Part shown: positions 39,038 to 49,072 of the stretch, one piece after another
How positions within the stretch are numbered: the first letter of the stretch is position 1
Layout of the letters: the number at the start of each line of letters is the position of its first letter
From: Nitrososphaerota archaeon
Lineage (GTDB): Archaea; Thermoproteota; Nitrososphaeria_A; Caldarchaeales; Calditenuaceae
Assembly: GCA_038845265.1 (NCBI GenBank)
Contig: JAWBQR010000007.1
Span: 30,278 to 94,277 of the forward strand
Length of the DNA stretch: 64,000 bases
Direction: 5' to 3'
The notes under the pieces: generated by a model
The model's input: the letters and a program-made list of their open reading frames with translations, nothing else
Databases searched by the model: none
What the model was told of the DNA's origin: nothing
Position numbers and translations under genes: made by a program

Positions 39038-40484
39038 ATTATGGATTCAGCAGATACGCGGAAGACCAAAGATACTCGTCAAGATTGACAAGAGCTTTCC
39101 AGTCAAGGCAAGCATGACGAGGAGAGTGCTCGAGGTCTCACACGCATTCGGCATCGATATAGACGAGGAGAGAAAACATACAATATACAGTGGATTCATG
39201 CTCGAGATAAACCCGGGAGACATCATCTATATAACTGGCGAGAGTGGATCGGGAAAGAGTGTCCTTCTAAGAGAGATTTCAGGAATACTTTCCCGTCGCA
39301 GAGAGTTCGGAGGCGTCGTGATGGACAGGGAGCTCATGATCGATGATGATGAAGTAATCATTGAGGGCATCGGTAGAGATACATCTGAGGCAATAGAGAT
39401 ACTAAACTCTGTCGGCCTAGGTGAAGCTTTCCTATTTCTAAAGCGGTATATAGAGCTCAGCGACGGACAGAAATACAGGTATCAACTAGCGAAGGCTCTT
39501 TGCATGGGTAGAAAGACGATAGCGATGGATGAATTCTGCTCGACGCTTGACAGAGATACTGCAAAAGTTGTGGCATACTTATTCCAGAAATACGTGAGGA
39601 GGAACGGCATGACACTGATCGCTGCGACTACCCATAGAGACCTCCTAGAGGATCTGAGACCAACAGTCTTGGTGGAGAAGAAGCTGGGGCCAGATGTGAA
39701 TGTTAGCTACTATACATGGCAGGATGGTCCATGCAGTCTCATGAAAGAAATAACTATCGAGCCCGGAGACTTATCCGACTATGAAGCTCTCTCAGGATTT
39801 CACTATAGAGGCAGGAAGCCTCCATGCATAGCTAAGATCTACAGAGCCGTAAGGAATGGAGAGCTTTGCGGAGTAATTGTTTATGTATCCGCAATCACGC
39901 ACCCACTTCTCAGAGGCAGACACATAGTCTTCCCCCAGCTACTAGAAATTTACCGCACACGAGGCCTTAAGAAGCTGGTAGAAGTGATCAAAAGAAATAT
40001 CTTGAGGATAGCTAGGGTCGTCGTATATCCGAAGTATAGAGGCATCGGGCTTGGGACTCGACTGGTGAGGGAAACCATGCCGCTGACGGAATATCCAGTC
40101 ATCGAGGCACTAGCAGTAATGGCGAGGTACAATCCATTCTTCGAGCGCGCAGGACTCAGAAGAATCAGCTACGATACAAGCCTAGACGAGCAGAGAAGAC
40201 GACTCATTTTTAGACTGCAGGAAGAGTTCCCAGACCTAGACGCCGAATCCATATCGGAACCCAGCTACATCTCCAGATACGTCGAGAACCTCAGCATAAA
40301 AAGACTCAAGAAACTAGTCAAAATTGTCTCGAAGACATTGACACAGCCACCGACCAAGCTGAGAAAAAACACAAGAAAAATAAGGACAAGAAAGGAACTA
40401 GTAAAAATGCTATTATCATTGAGGCTTCCACCCATATACTATGTCTGGAAAAACCCCGCAAAAAAGCCAGAATGGGAAGAATAA
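39030..40484 (+). CDS. ABC-ATPase / GNAT acetyltransferase fusion
   Basis: GESGSGKS, LSDGQKYR, MDEF; then FHYR and IARVVVYPKYRGIGLG (acetyl-CoA motif). Confidence 0.88.
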   Translation: MVRLWIQQIRGRPKILVKIDKSFPVKASMTRRVLEVSHAFGIDIDEERKHTIYSGFMLEINPGDIIYITGESGSGKSVLLREISGILSRRREFGGVVMDRELMIDDDEVIIEGIGRDTSEAIEILNSVGLGEAFLFLKRYIELSDGQKYRYQLAKALCMGRKTIAMDEFCSTLDRDTAKVVAYLFQKYVRRNGMTLIAATTHRDLLEDLRPTVLVEKKLGPDVNVSYYTWQDGPCSLMKEITIEPGDLSDYEALSGFHYRGRKPPCIAKIYRAVRNGELCGVIVYVSAITHPLLRGRHIVFPQLLEIYRTRGLKKLVEVIKRNILRIARVVVYPKYRGIGLGTRLVRETMPLTEYPVIEALAVMARYNPFFERAGLRRISYDTSLDEQRRRLIFRLQEEFPDLDAESISEPSYISRYVENLSIKRLKKLVKIVSKTLTQPPTKLRKNTRKIRTRKELVKMLLSLRLPPIYYVWKNPAKKPEWEE

Positions 40485-41672
40485 CTATGACTTCACTACT
40501 CTATCAACTTCCTCGACGAGCCGTCTGCAGCCCTCTCTCACATTCTCATCACTATTCCCAAAGCTTATCCTTATCCATCCCTCGCCGCTCGGCCCCATCG
40601 ATGAGCCATGGAGAACCGCCACCTGCCTCTTCTCCATGAACCACTCCATGAATCCCTTAGAATCAAGCTTAAGCTTCTTCAGGGCAGATGAAACATCGAC
40701 GAAAACATAGAACGCACCGGTCGGCCTAACATACCTCAGCGAATCACTCTTATCAAGCTCAGCCAACGCGACATCTCTCCGCCTCCTAAACGTATCCGAA
40801 ACCCACTTCACAAAGTCCTGCGGACCCCGCAAAGCAGTAATAGCCGCCCACTGAGTAAACGCGGCAGGACAAGAAGTCGTCACATTCAAAACCTTCACAA
40901 TATTCTTCAAAACCTCAGGAGGCGCAACAGCATAACCAAGCCTCCAACCAGTCATCGCATACCGCTTCGAGAACCCATCAATCAATATCACCCGCTCAGG
41001 CGTAAACGTCATCGGCGAAAAATGCTCAAAATCATCAAACTGAATACCACGATAAATCTCATCAGAAATAATCCAAAGATCATGATCCTCAGCAAGCTCA
41101 CATATACCCTTAACCTGATCCCTCGTCAACATAGAGCCACATGGATTATGAGGCGAGTTAATAATGACGGCCCGAGTCCTACTACTGATTGCCTCACTGA
41201 CACCCTCAGGAGTCATCCTAAACTCATCCTCAGGCCTGAGCCTAACAAAGACCGGCTTACCGCCACTGAACCTCACACCATCAGCATACGGAGGATACCC
41301 CGGATCAGGACAGATAACCTCATCTCCCTCCTCAACAATAGAGCAGAGAGCAGCAAATATCGCCTGCTTCGCACCAGTACTCACCGCCACCTGGCTGGCC
41401 CAGTCAACCTTAACACCATAATACTCGCCGACATACTCGGCTATCGCCTCCCTGAGAGGCTGAATACCAGCAGACGGAGTATAATGCGTCTCACCACGCA
41501 TAATCGCCTCATTGGCAGCACGCTTAATGTGTTCAGGCGTATCAAAATCAGGCTCACCAATCTCGAGATGAATAACCCTCACTCCCCTCGACTCAAGCAT
41601 CTTAGCCTTGGCCAAAACATCAAAAGCTCCCTCACCAAGAATACCCTCAGAGATCTTCTTAGAAATCTTCAT
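40485..41672 (-). CDS. PLP-dependent aminotransferase class I (aspartate aminotransferase family)
   Basis: IGEPDFDTP, NSPHNPCG, SDEIY and GFSKRYAMTGWRLGY. Confidence 0.95.
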   Translation of the reverse strand: MKISKKISEGILGEGAFDVLAKAKMLESRGVRVIHLEIGEPDFDTPEHIKRAANEAIMRGETHYTPSAGIQPLREAIAEYVGEYYGVKVDWASQVAVSTGAKQAIFAALCSIVEEGDEVICPDPGYPPYADGVRFSGGKPVFVRLRPEDEFRMTPEGVSEAISSRTRAVIINSPHNPCGSMLTRDQVKGICELAEDHDLWIISDEIYRGIQFDDFEHFSPMTFTPERVILIDGFSKRYAMTGWRLGYAVAPPEVLKNIVKVLNVTTSCPAAFTQWAAITALRGPQDFVKWVSDTFRRRRDVALAELDKSDSLRYVRPTGAFYVFVDVSSALKKLKLDSKGFMEWFMEKRQVAVLHGSSMGPSGEGWIRISFGNSDENVREGCRRLVEEVDRVVKS

Positions 41673-41738
41673 AATACATCACAAATAAAAAACAAAATCG
41701 AATCATTTAAGCTTTACTACCGCACAGAAATAACAAAA

Positions 41739-43313
41739 CTACTCGACAACCGTCCTACACTGCTCCCGAATGAACGTGAGAAGATAGTGAGGACCACCTA
41801 TGCCCTTGCCTGTGGCGCCGCTCGCCTTCCATCCAACAAACGTCTGAGCACCAGGCCAAGCCCCGGTCGTTGCTCCACCAGCCCTGTTAGCATAAGTCAC
41901 CCCGAACTGAATATTCTCAAAGAAATATCTGACCTCCTCCATATCCTCACTGAATATTCCGGCCGTAAGTCCGTACTCCGTGTCGTTTGCCTCCCTGACT
42001 GCTTCTTCAAGCGTCTCGAAAGAATCAACAAGCAGTATGGGGAGGAAAAGCTCCTTCTTCCAGAGCTCATGGCTCCTCGGAAGACCGCTAATTATTGTCG
42101 GCTGTACATAGTAACCCCTATCAAATATCCCGCCCCTCATGACCTCGCCTCCATAAACTATTCTTCCACCATCCTTCTTGGCCTGCTCAACGTAATGCAT
42201 GAAGTTCTCAAATGCCCTCCTATTCACTACAGGGCCCATGAAGACATCTCTATTTCTGGGGTCTCCGACCTTCAGCCTGCTTGTCTCCCTCACAAGCTCA
42301 TCGAGAAACGAATCCATCACGCTTCTATGCACGTAGAGCCTAGAAGTCGCGGAGCACTTCTGCCCACAATAGCCAAAAGCAGCCCTAATTACTCCCATAA
42401 CTGCCTTCTTTATATCGGCCTTCGAAGTAACAATCGTCGGATTCTTACTACCCATCTCGAGGAGAATCGGCTTAGGATAAGGCTGCGTCGACATAAACCT
42501 CCTAAAGAGACTCATGCCCACATCTCTAGAGCCGGTGAATGCAATCCCCGCGACCTTTGGATTAGAAGTAACCTCGTCCTCGAAGAGCTCACCAGCCCCA
42601 GTCAAATAATTAATCACTCCAGGAGGAACGCCCGCATCTCTAAACGCCTGATAGAGCAAGAGACCGGCAAGGGGGGCCTCGCTCGTCGGCTTAAAGACGA
42701 CTGTGTTGCCAGTTATGAGTGCACCCTGAATCATGCCGTTTGGAAGCATGAATGGAAAGTTAAACGGAGAGATAACGAACCAGACGCCGTAGGGCCTAGC
42801 AACCATCTTTGGCTTCTCACCCGGCCCGCCTGGCCCAAGTTCCTTCTCATATCCATTATTCGCCTCCATAAGGTCTGCATAGTATCTCAACGCATCAATA
42901 GCCTCCCACACCTCGGCCAAGGCCTCAAGCCTGTTCTTCCCCACTTCATAGGTAATGACGGCGGCAATCTCAAACTTCCTCTCATCAATAATCTCCGCTG
43001 CTCTCCTCATAATCTCGACCCTCTTCCTCCAATCCATACGCGACCACTCTTGGAACGCCATCTCAGCCACGTCTATCGCCCTCCTGATATGAGTGCGGCT
43101 CGATCTTTGGAAGTAACCAATCACGATAGACGTATCGATCGGACTTCTGTCTTCAAACTCGCCGTTTTCAGAAAATACCTCGTCACGCCCTATATAGATT
43201 GGATAGTGCTTTCCGAAGTATTTGGTCTCTACGTCTTTGAGTGCCTTCTCATATGCCGGATGAATGCTCTCATCAGCGAAGAGAGAGACATAAGTAATCT
43301 TCTCTTTAGGCAT
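41739..43313 (-). CDS. aldehyde dehydrogenase, P5C-dehydrogenase-like
   Basis: ISPFNFP, FTGS, LEMGSKN, GQKCSA, ELFLP, YGLTAG. Confidence 0.92.
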   Translation of the reverse strand: MPKEKITYVSLFADESIHPAYEKALKDVETKYFGKHYPIYIGRDEVFSENGEFEDRSPIDTSIVIGYFQRSSRTHIRRAIDVAEMAFQEWSRMDWRKRVEIMRRAAEIIDERKFEIAAVITYEVGKNRLEALAEVWEAIDALRYYADLMEANNGYEKELGPGGPGEKPKMVARPYGVWFVISPFNFPFMLPNGMIQGALITGNTVVFKPTSEAPLAGLLLYQAFRDAGVPPGVINYLTGAGELFEDEVTSNPKVAGIAFTGSRDVGMSLFRRFMSTQPYPKPILLEMGSKNPTIVTSKADIKKAVMGVIRAAFGYCGQKCSATSRLYVHRSVMDSFLDELVRETSRLKVGDPRNRDVFMGPVVNRRAFENFMHYVEQAKKDGGRIVYGGEVMRGGIFDRGYYVQPTIISGLPRSHELWKKELFLPILLVDSFETLEEAVREANDTEYGLTAGIFSEDMEEVRYFFENIQFGVTYANRAGGATTGAWPGAQTFVGWKASGATGKGIGGPHYLLTFIREQCRTVVE

Positions 43314-43358
43314 GAGTCATACATAAATAAAAGCAGGATAAAAGGAATTGCCCACTCC

Positions 43359-44366
43359 TCAGGGAGAACCGAAAAATCCCCTATAAGCAAAGAGAGCGGG
43401 CAGCCCCCCAGTATGCAGGAAGACAACCGCCTCATCCCTACTGAAGTAGCCTTTCTTGATCAAGTCGATCAGCCCAGTCATGGCCTTGCCAGTATATACA
43501 GGGTCCAGAATAATGCCTTCCAGCTCTGCAACTGTACGAATAGTATTGAAGACATCGTTAGAGGGCGCGCCATATCCCCCGAGCTCATAATCATCAGATA
43601 CAAAGACGTCTCCGTCACTGAGGTTAATATCCAGTCCAAGAATCTTAGCGGCACCATCAATCAATCTCTTAATATCATTTACAAGAACAGGCTTTGGTCT
43701 CGACGCGGCACTTATGCCGATAATCCTTGTCTTAAGTCCCTGCATCTTCATGCCCAGAATAAGCCCGGCCTGAGTCGCGCCACCGCTCGAGGCATGAACA
43801 ATATAGTCAATCTTAATTCCCTGCTCCATTGCTTGCTGCACAAGCTCATATGCACAGTTGACGTATCCAAAGACGCCTATTGGAGGCTCGCTATAGAGGA
43901 TGTAGGGCCTGTGCCCCTTAGCGGCATACTCGTTGGCCACCTCAGCCATTTCTTTGCTAACATCTGCGCTAATCGGCGCCTTCACTATTCTGACATCTGC
44001 ACCCATCAATTTATCGAGGAGAAGGTTACCATCATACTCCTTCGGCTTCTCTCCAAATTGCGCTGTCCTCAAGATAAGCACAGGCTTCATCCCAAGAATC
44101 TTGGCCGCAGCAGTTATCTGCCTAGCCCAGTTAGACTGCACACCGCAAGAAGCAACTATAACATCTGCACCGACATTCTTTGCATCTGCAAATATGTACT
44201 CAATTATTCTCGTCTTGTTTCCGCCAAACGCGAGCCCAGTCAGGTCGTCTCTCTTGATGAAGATGCGTGGACCGCCGAGCATTCTCGAGAGGCGTGGCAA
44301 TTCATGGAGAGGCGTCGGGTAAAAACCGAGACGAATCCTAGGAATCTCCTCAAGCTTCATGCTCAA
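43359..44366 (-). CDS. D-cysteine desulfhydrase / ACC deaminase family
   Basis: KRDDLTGLAFGGNKTR, LDPVYTGKA, FLHTGG. Confidence 0.92.
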   Translation of the reverse strand: MSMKLEEIPRIRLGFYPTPLHELPRLSRMLGGPRIFIKRDDLTGLAFGGNKTRIIEYIFADAKNVGADVIVASCGVQSNWARQITAAAKILGMKPVLILRTAQFGEKPKEYDGNLLLDKLMGADVRIVKAPISADVSKEMAEVANEYAAKGHRPYILYSEPPIGVFGYVNCAYELVQQAMEQGIKIDYIVHASSGGATQAGLILGMKMQGLKTRIIGISAASRPKPVLVNDIKRLIDGAAKILGLDINLSDGDVFVSDDYELGGYGAPSNDVFNTIRTVAELEGIILDPVYTGKAMTGLIDLIKKGYFSRDEAVVFLHTGGLPALFAYRGFFGSP

Positions 44367-44432
44367 TCAAGACGCCGCGAAGTATTATTCCTTTTCGTTA
44401 ATTCAAACCATTCATCTGCTCTAATCACAAGT

Positions 44433-45050
44433 ATGACGCAAAGCATAATTAATAGGCAAGAATCAAATCATATCTTAGCATTGAGTAATCGGAGTGGCCT
44501 ACCTGAGGAAAAAAGCAGAGCTCCACTGTACATACTGCTCAGGAAAATTGCTCTAGTACATGCAATTGCCGCATCGATTTGGACAATAATAATGGTACTA
44601 CCAATGGGGCCGTTTCCACTACTGCTCCGAATCATTGTTGGAGGAGGACCTTCCACATGGTTCATAATGGGATACCTACTCTTCATAATCACAGGGTCCT
44701 GCGGCTTCGCAGTTCTATCCTACGTTTACTACACTGTTGAGAAGGAGGGAAAAATAATCAACAATCAACTAGCCCTATTGGGAATTGTCTTAACATGCGT
44801 AGGAACAACAGCTGCGTCAACTATGCTACAGATCGCCGGAGCATTAGGCGGATATCAATACTCCATAATGCACTCACCTACCGAGAAGATCCGCCTACTT
44901 CTGGAACCATTAGTAAATCCAATAAGACTACTGACAATCATAGCCGCTATAGGAATAATCTTACAATGCTTAGCAGCGCTACTAACAGTAAGACGAACAG
45001 AACCGACTCACAGTTTACCTAATCCTAACGACGACAAAAATGATCACTAA
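44433..45050 (+). CDS. membrane protein, paralog of 45966..46505
   Basis: Hydrophobic C-terminal part of the long 41022..45050 ORF; WFIMGYLLFIITG; start uncertain. Confidence 0.65.
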   Translation: MTQSIINRQESNHILALSNRSGLPEEKSRAPLYILLRKIALVHAIAASIWTIIMVLPMGPFPLLLRIIVGGGPSTWFIMGYLLFIITGSCGFAVLSYVYYTVEKEGKIINNQLALLGIVLTCVGTTAASTMLQIAGALGGYQYSIMHSPTEKIRLLLEPLVNPIRLLTIIAAIGIILQCLAALLTVRRTEPTHSLPNPNDDKNDH

Positions 45051-45914
45051 TATCGACAATAATAAAGCACCTAATAATAAGAGGAATGAATTATTTTCCG
45101 TCTGCCCCCAAGACCCATGGGAATACCCCCAGACAGCACTAGACATGTTAGAATTAACCAAGTACAAAAAACTAGGAACAGGTTCACCAGCGCCCACCTC
45201 AAATAAAAGGTTACTCATAAAGACCTGCCCATCAGAGACATACCATCCCCCCAGAATTCTCTTTCCATTAATAAATACGCTCTCCAGAACCATCTCGCCC
45301 ATATTCCTAAAAACTTCCTCATTCTTTGTATATGATTCAAGGGCAACAACCTCATGATCACCCCTCATAAATCTGGAACTTCCATCAGAGAAAAACCGGA
45401 CCAAGACTTCCTCACGCGAGGACGGATTGATAATCCTAACAAACCAGGCAGGCTCCTCATCAGAAAAGCCGGAATATATCGAGATAATGGCAGAATCACC
45501 TGGCAAAAAGGTAGGAGGACTGCCAAGAAGAACAGGAACATATTCCTTTTTCCCACTATAAACTCCGCGAACATACATCGCATAGCTCCTCCAGCAAGAA
45601 TCACCCTTCTCAATACCTGCTGCAGCTTGAAGAACGACGCCACTCTCCGTCATCACGCTTACTATTGCATAGATCGTCCCATCGGTCATGTTTATCCTCG
45701 GAATATTCAATACTACTGTCAAGTTGCTGGACGAATCCCACTTGACAGTTTCTCCATCACTGGTAGGTGCTCCATCAGGAATAACGATCCCCAAAGCCCA
45801 CGGCCGTCTCACTTCATACGATTCCCAAACATTTTCATCAGCCGTAGCAACAAAAAATGAATTTAAACAAAAAATCAGAAGAAAAACAATCACTAATAAT
45901 AAGCGCTTCGTCAC
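45015..45914 (-). CDS. membrane-anchored secreted hypothetical protein
   Basis: Signal peptide, beta-rich body, C-terminal TM. Confidence 0.65.
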   Translation of the reverse strand: MTKRLLLVIVFLLIFCLNSFFVATADENVWESYEVRRPWALGIVIPDGAPTSDGETVKWDSSSNLTVVLNIPRINMTDGTIYAIVSVMTESGVVLQAAAGIEKGDSCWRSYAMYVRGVYSGKKEYVPVLLGSPPTFLPGDSAIISIYSGFSDEEPAWFVRIINPSSREEVLVRFFSDGSSRFMRGDHEVVALESYTKNEEVFRNMGEMVLESVFINGKRILGGWYVSDGQVFMSNLLFEVGAGEPVPSFLYLVNSNMSSAVWGYSHGSWGQTENNSFLLLLGALLLSILVIIFVVVRIR

Positions 45915-45965
45915 CGCACACTAATAGGTCACTTCCTACAATAAATGTATTAAAAAATTACAGTA

Positions 45966-46505
45966 CTATGTGCTGCGTCTCCAACTAATTAGATAGCCGA
46001 GTCCACCTAGCAATACTCCGACGGCTAGTAAAACGATGAATACCGATATCCAGAACGGATAGCCCAGCGGTATTGCGTAAAAGACATTGGCATGCACCTG
46101 TCCAGGATTCCATCCTAATCCTCCCACCTCGGGCGGCAGCATAGAGGCACCCCCAAGATAACCACTGATCATCATCAGCCACGTTGCGCCTACAACTCCA
46201 ATATTCATCAAGAGTAGATGTAGCCACGCGATCTTTGAAGCTGCTCCAATAAATGGCTTACCTAGCACCTCCTCGATGTAATGGTAGAACAATGCGGTTA
46301 CCGCGATTCCGACGACTCCTACGATTATGTATGATAGATACCCCATAGTAAACCACATGCCTGCGCTTCCAAAGGCAATTACCCTGCTCGGCTCTGGTTT
46401 AAGAAACGTAAGCTGGCCCAGAACGATGAACAGCGTTATGATGGTGGCAATCGCTCCATGAATTATCGCTGCAGCTATAAATCTTGACGCCCACTTGCTT
46501 GGCAT
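45966..46505 (-). CDS. four-TM membrane protein
   Basis: WFTMGYLSYIIVG and AWLHLLLMNIG. Confidence 0.75.
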   Translation of the reverse strand: MPSKWASRFIAAAIIHGAIATIITLFIVLGQLTFLKPEPSRVIAFGSAGMWFTMGYLSYIIVGVVGIAVTALFYHYIEEVLGKPFIGAASKIAWLHLLLMNIGVVGATWLMMISGYLGGASMLPPEVGGLGWNPGQVHANVFYAIPLGYPFWISVFIVLLAVGVLLGGLGYLISWRRST

Positions 46506-46688
46506 ATACTCCTACACCTCTTCATAATATTGTATTATAATGGTGTTATATAACTATGTTTTTGACACATTGATTAAGATATAAAAATTTCACTTAGGAA
46601 TGTTTTAATAAGCCAAAATTTAGGGGAAAAATTAAGATTCTTAATCAATTTACAATATTTAAATATTGCTGTTGGTCTTTCAGAGCTT

Positions 46689-47519
46689 GTGAAAACCACT
46701 GGTATAAATGCTGTATGGATGGTCGTAATGCTCGTCATCGGCATCGTTATTGGAGCCGCAGGATTTTATGCTGTTTCATCATTCATAACGCCTCAAGAGA
46801 AGCCGTCACTCGTAGAGACAATAAAGAGTAGGGGAAAGCTGATTGTCGGTACAAGCGCGGACTGGCCGCCCTTCGAGTACATAGACGCCAAAGGCAACTA
46901 TGCAGGAATAGATATTGCAATAGCTGATAAGATTGCAAAGGAGCTCGGTGTCCAACTTGAAGTCAAAGACATGAAGTTTGCTGCATTAATCGAGGCTCTT
47001 AAGGGTGGGCAAGTCGACTTAGTAATAGCTGACCTTCACCATACCGCGGAGCGAGAGAGGGAGATCGACTTCTCGAAGGGATACTACGTTGCATATGATG
47101 CAGCAGTTGTCGTACTCAAATCAAGAGCCTCCGAATTTAAGGATGAACAATCTCTCTATGGAAAGAACATCGGTGTCCAGCTTGGAACAATACAGGAAGA
47201 ATGGGCAAATGAACACCTAAAGGGAAAGTCCAGCATAGTATCCTATGACAGAGTATATCCAGAGATGGTCATGACTCTTAAGAGAGGCGACTTAGACGCA
47301 TTAATAGTTGGAGATATAATCGGGCAAGTCTTAGCGAGTAGAGATCCCGACCTAGAAGTTGTTATGCGTCTAGGCAGCCTGAGTGGCGCTGCAATCGGAA
47401 TTCCACAGGGCGCCGAGGATCTCAAATATGTAGTTAACAAGGTAATAGAAGATCTCATCAACTCAGGAGAGATGGACCGAATCTTCCAAGACGAAATAAA
47501 TAAATGGCTGGGAACGTAA
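46689..47519 (+). CDS. polar amino acid ABC transporter substrate-binding protein
   Basis: GTSADWPPFEY, GVQLGTIQE. Confidence 0.92.
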   Translation: MKTTGINAVWMVVMLVIGIVIGAAGFYAVSSFITPQEKPSLVETIKSRGKLIVGTSADWPPFEYIDAKGNYAGIDIAIADKIAKELGVQLEVKDMKFAALIEALKGGQVDLVIADLHHTAEREREIDFSKGYYVAYDAAVVVLKSRASEFKDEQSLYGKNIGVQLGTIQEEWANEHLKGKSSIVSYDRVYPEMVMTLKRGDLDALIVGDIIGQVLASRDPDLEVVMRLGSLSGAAIGIPQGAEDLKYVVNKVIEDLINSGEMDRIFQDEINKWLGT

Positions 47520-47539
47520 AACAGTAATAGGTGTAGACA

Positions 47540-48208
47540 TTGGAAATTGAGCGTTTTTTATTTGAGATTATTCCATACATACTGGAAGGAATACCCGTAA
47601 CTCTTCAATTAACGGTCTATTCCTTTGTTCTTGGCCTAGCTTTAGGTGCCCTGCTGGCTGCAGCGAGAGTCTTAGCCAGAGGACCACTATCTGCGATATC
47701 CAGAATCTACATAGAATTTTTCAGAGGCACCCCACTCCTAGTACAGATATTTTTTGTCTACTTTGGACTACCGGCAATTGGGATCAAGCTTGACGCCTTT
47801 ACGGCTTCAGTCCTTGCAATTGGATTTAATAGTGCAGCATATCAGGCGGAGATATTACGGGCGGCGATAAAGGGCATACCTGAGGAGCAGTTCCTCTCCG
47901 CCGAGTCACTTGGAATGACTACAGGCCAGATGTATAGATTTATAGTGTTTCCACAGGCAATAAGGATAGCAACGCCAGCTTTAGTTAATGAATTCGTTGC
48001 CCTCGTTAAATATACTTCCCTCGCGTCAATAATAGGTGTAGCTGAACTCTTCAGAAAAGCGGAGTATATGGTTGCATTCACTTTCAGACCTGAAATTTAT
48101 CTCCTAGCCGCAGCGATATATCTTGCAATCTGCATACCTACCTCTCAGGTCTCGAAGTTTCTTGAAGCCAAATACGCAATACCCGGATACAAGAGGGCTC
48201 TAGTCTGA
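47540..48208 (+). CDS. polar amino acid ABC transporter permease
   Basis: FRGTPLLVQ, SAAYQAEILR. Confidence 0.93.
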   Translation: MEIERFLFEIIPYILEGIPVTLQLTVYSFVLGLALGALLAAARVLARGPLSAISRIYIEFFRGTPLLVQIFFVYFGLPAIGIKLDAFTASVLAIGFNSAAYQAEILRAAIKGIPEEQFLSAESLGMTTGQMYRFIVFPQAIRIATPALVNEFVALVKYTSLASIIGVAELFRKAEYMVAFTFRPEIYLLAAAIYLAICIPTSQVSKFLEAKYAIPGYKRALV

Positions 48209-48254
48209 AATGTTAATTAGCTATCTTAAGATATTTTGCTATTAAGGATCTGAC

Positions 48255-49004
48255 TTGAACGACGTCTTGCTTGAAATCAAGGATCTGAGGGCTGGATATG
48301 GAGAGACTGAAGTCTTGAAGGGTGTAAGCCTGACAGTTAACAAGGGCGAGAAGATAGTCATTGTAGGTCCGAGCGGCTCCGGCAAAAGTACACTCCTGAA
48401 ATGCATCCCACTATTGATAAAGCCATGGTCAGGAGAGATAATTCTTGAAGGGACTCTTTTGACCCATGAATCTGATAACCTCAGGAGGATTAGATCAAGA
48501 ATAGGCTTCGTCTTTCAACAATACAATCTTTTCCCACACATGACATTGCTTAGAAATGTAGCATTACCACTAGAGTTGGGTAAGGGTCTTCAACGAAGAG
48601 AAGCAGAACAAAAGGCCATGTCAGTACTCACGCAGCTAGGCCTAGGCGAATTGGCATCAAAGTATCCACTAGAATTGTCTGGCGGACAGCAGCAGCGAGG
48701 TGCAATAGCGAGGGCACTAGCAATTGACCCAATTCTGCTGCTGCTGGACGAGCCAACATCTGCCCTTGATCCAGAATTAAGGTATGAAGTCGTGGAGACC
48801 CTATATGAAGTAGCAAAACAAGGTCGATCAATGATGATAGTTACTCATGAGATAGATTTTGCAGAGGCAGCAGCCGACAGGGTTGTATTCATCGATGAAG
48901 GACTCATAGTTGAGGAGGGCGATGCAAGACAAATTCTTGAGCATCCTAAAAAAGAAAGGACAGAAAGATTTCTCAGAAGGTTAAGGACTAGGCTACATCA
49001 ATAA
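48255..49004 (+). CDS. polar amino acid ABC transporter ATP-binding protein
   Basis: GPSGSGKST, LSGGQQQR, DEPTSALDPE. Confidence 0.95.
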   Translation: MNDVLLEIKDLRAGYGETEVLKGVSLTVNKGEKIVIVGPSGSGKSTLLKCIPLLIKPWSGEIILEGTLLTHESDNLRRIRSRIGFVFQQYNLFPHMTLLRNVALPLELGKGLQRREAEQKAMSVLTQLGLGELASKYPLELSGGQQQRGAIARALAIDPILLLLDEPTSALDPELRYEVVETLYEVAKQGRSMMIVTHEIDFAEAAADRVVFIDEGLIVEEGDARQILEHPKKERTERFLRRLRTRLHQ

Positions 49005-49072
49005 CGCAACCGTAAATCATCGCGACTGATATCGATAATAATTCCTATTTCCTAGTATTAGCGGGTAGAGGG

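Noticed and set aside
41022-45050. 1342-aa plus-strand ORF as a real protein
   Set aside because: It is codon-aligned antisense to three clear enzymes and has no recognisable motifs; only the last approximately 205 codons look like a real membrane gene
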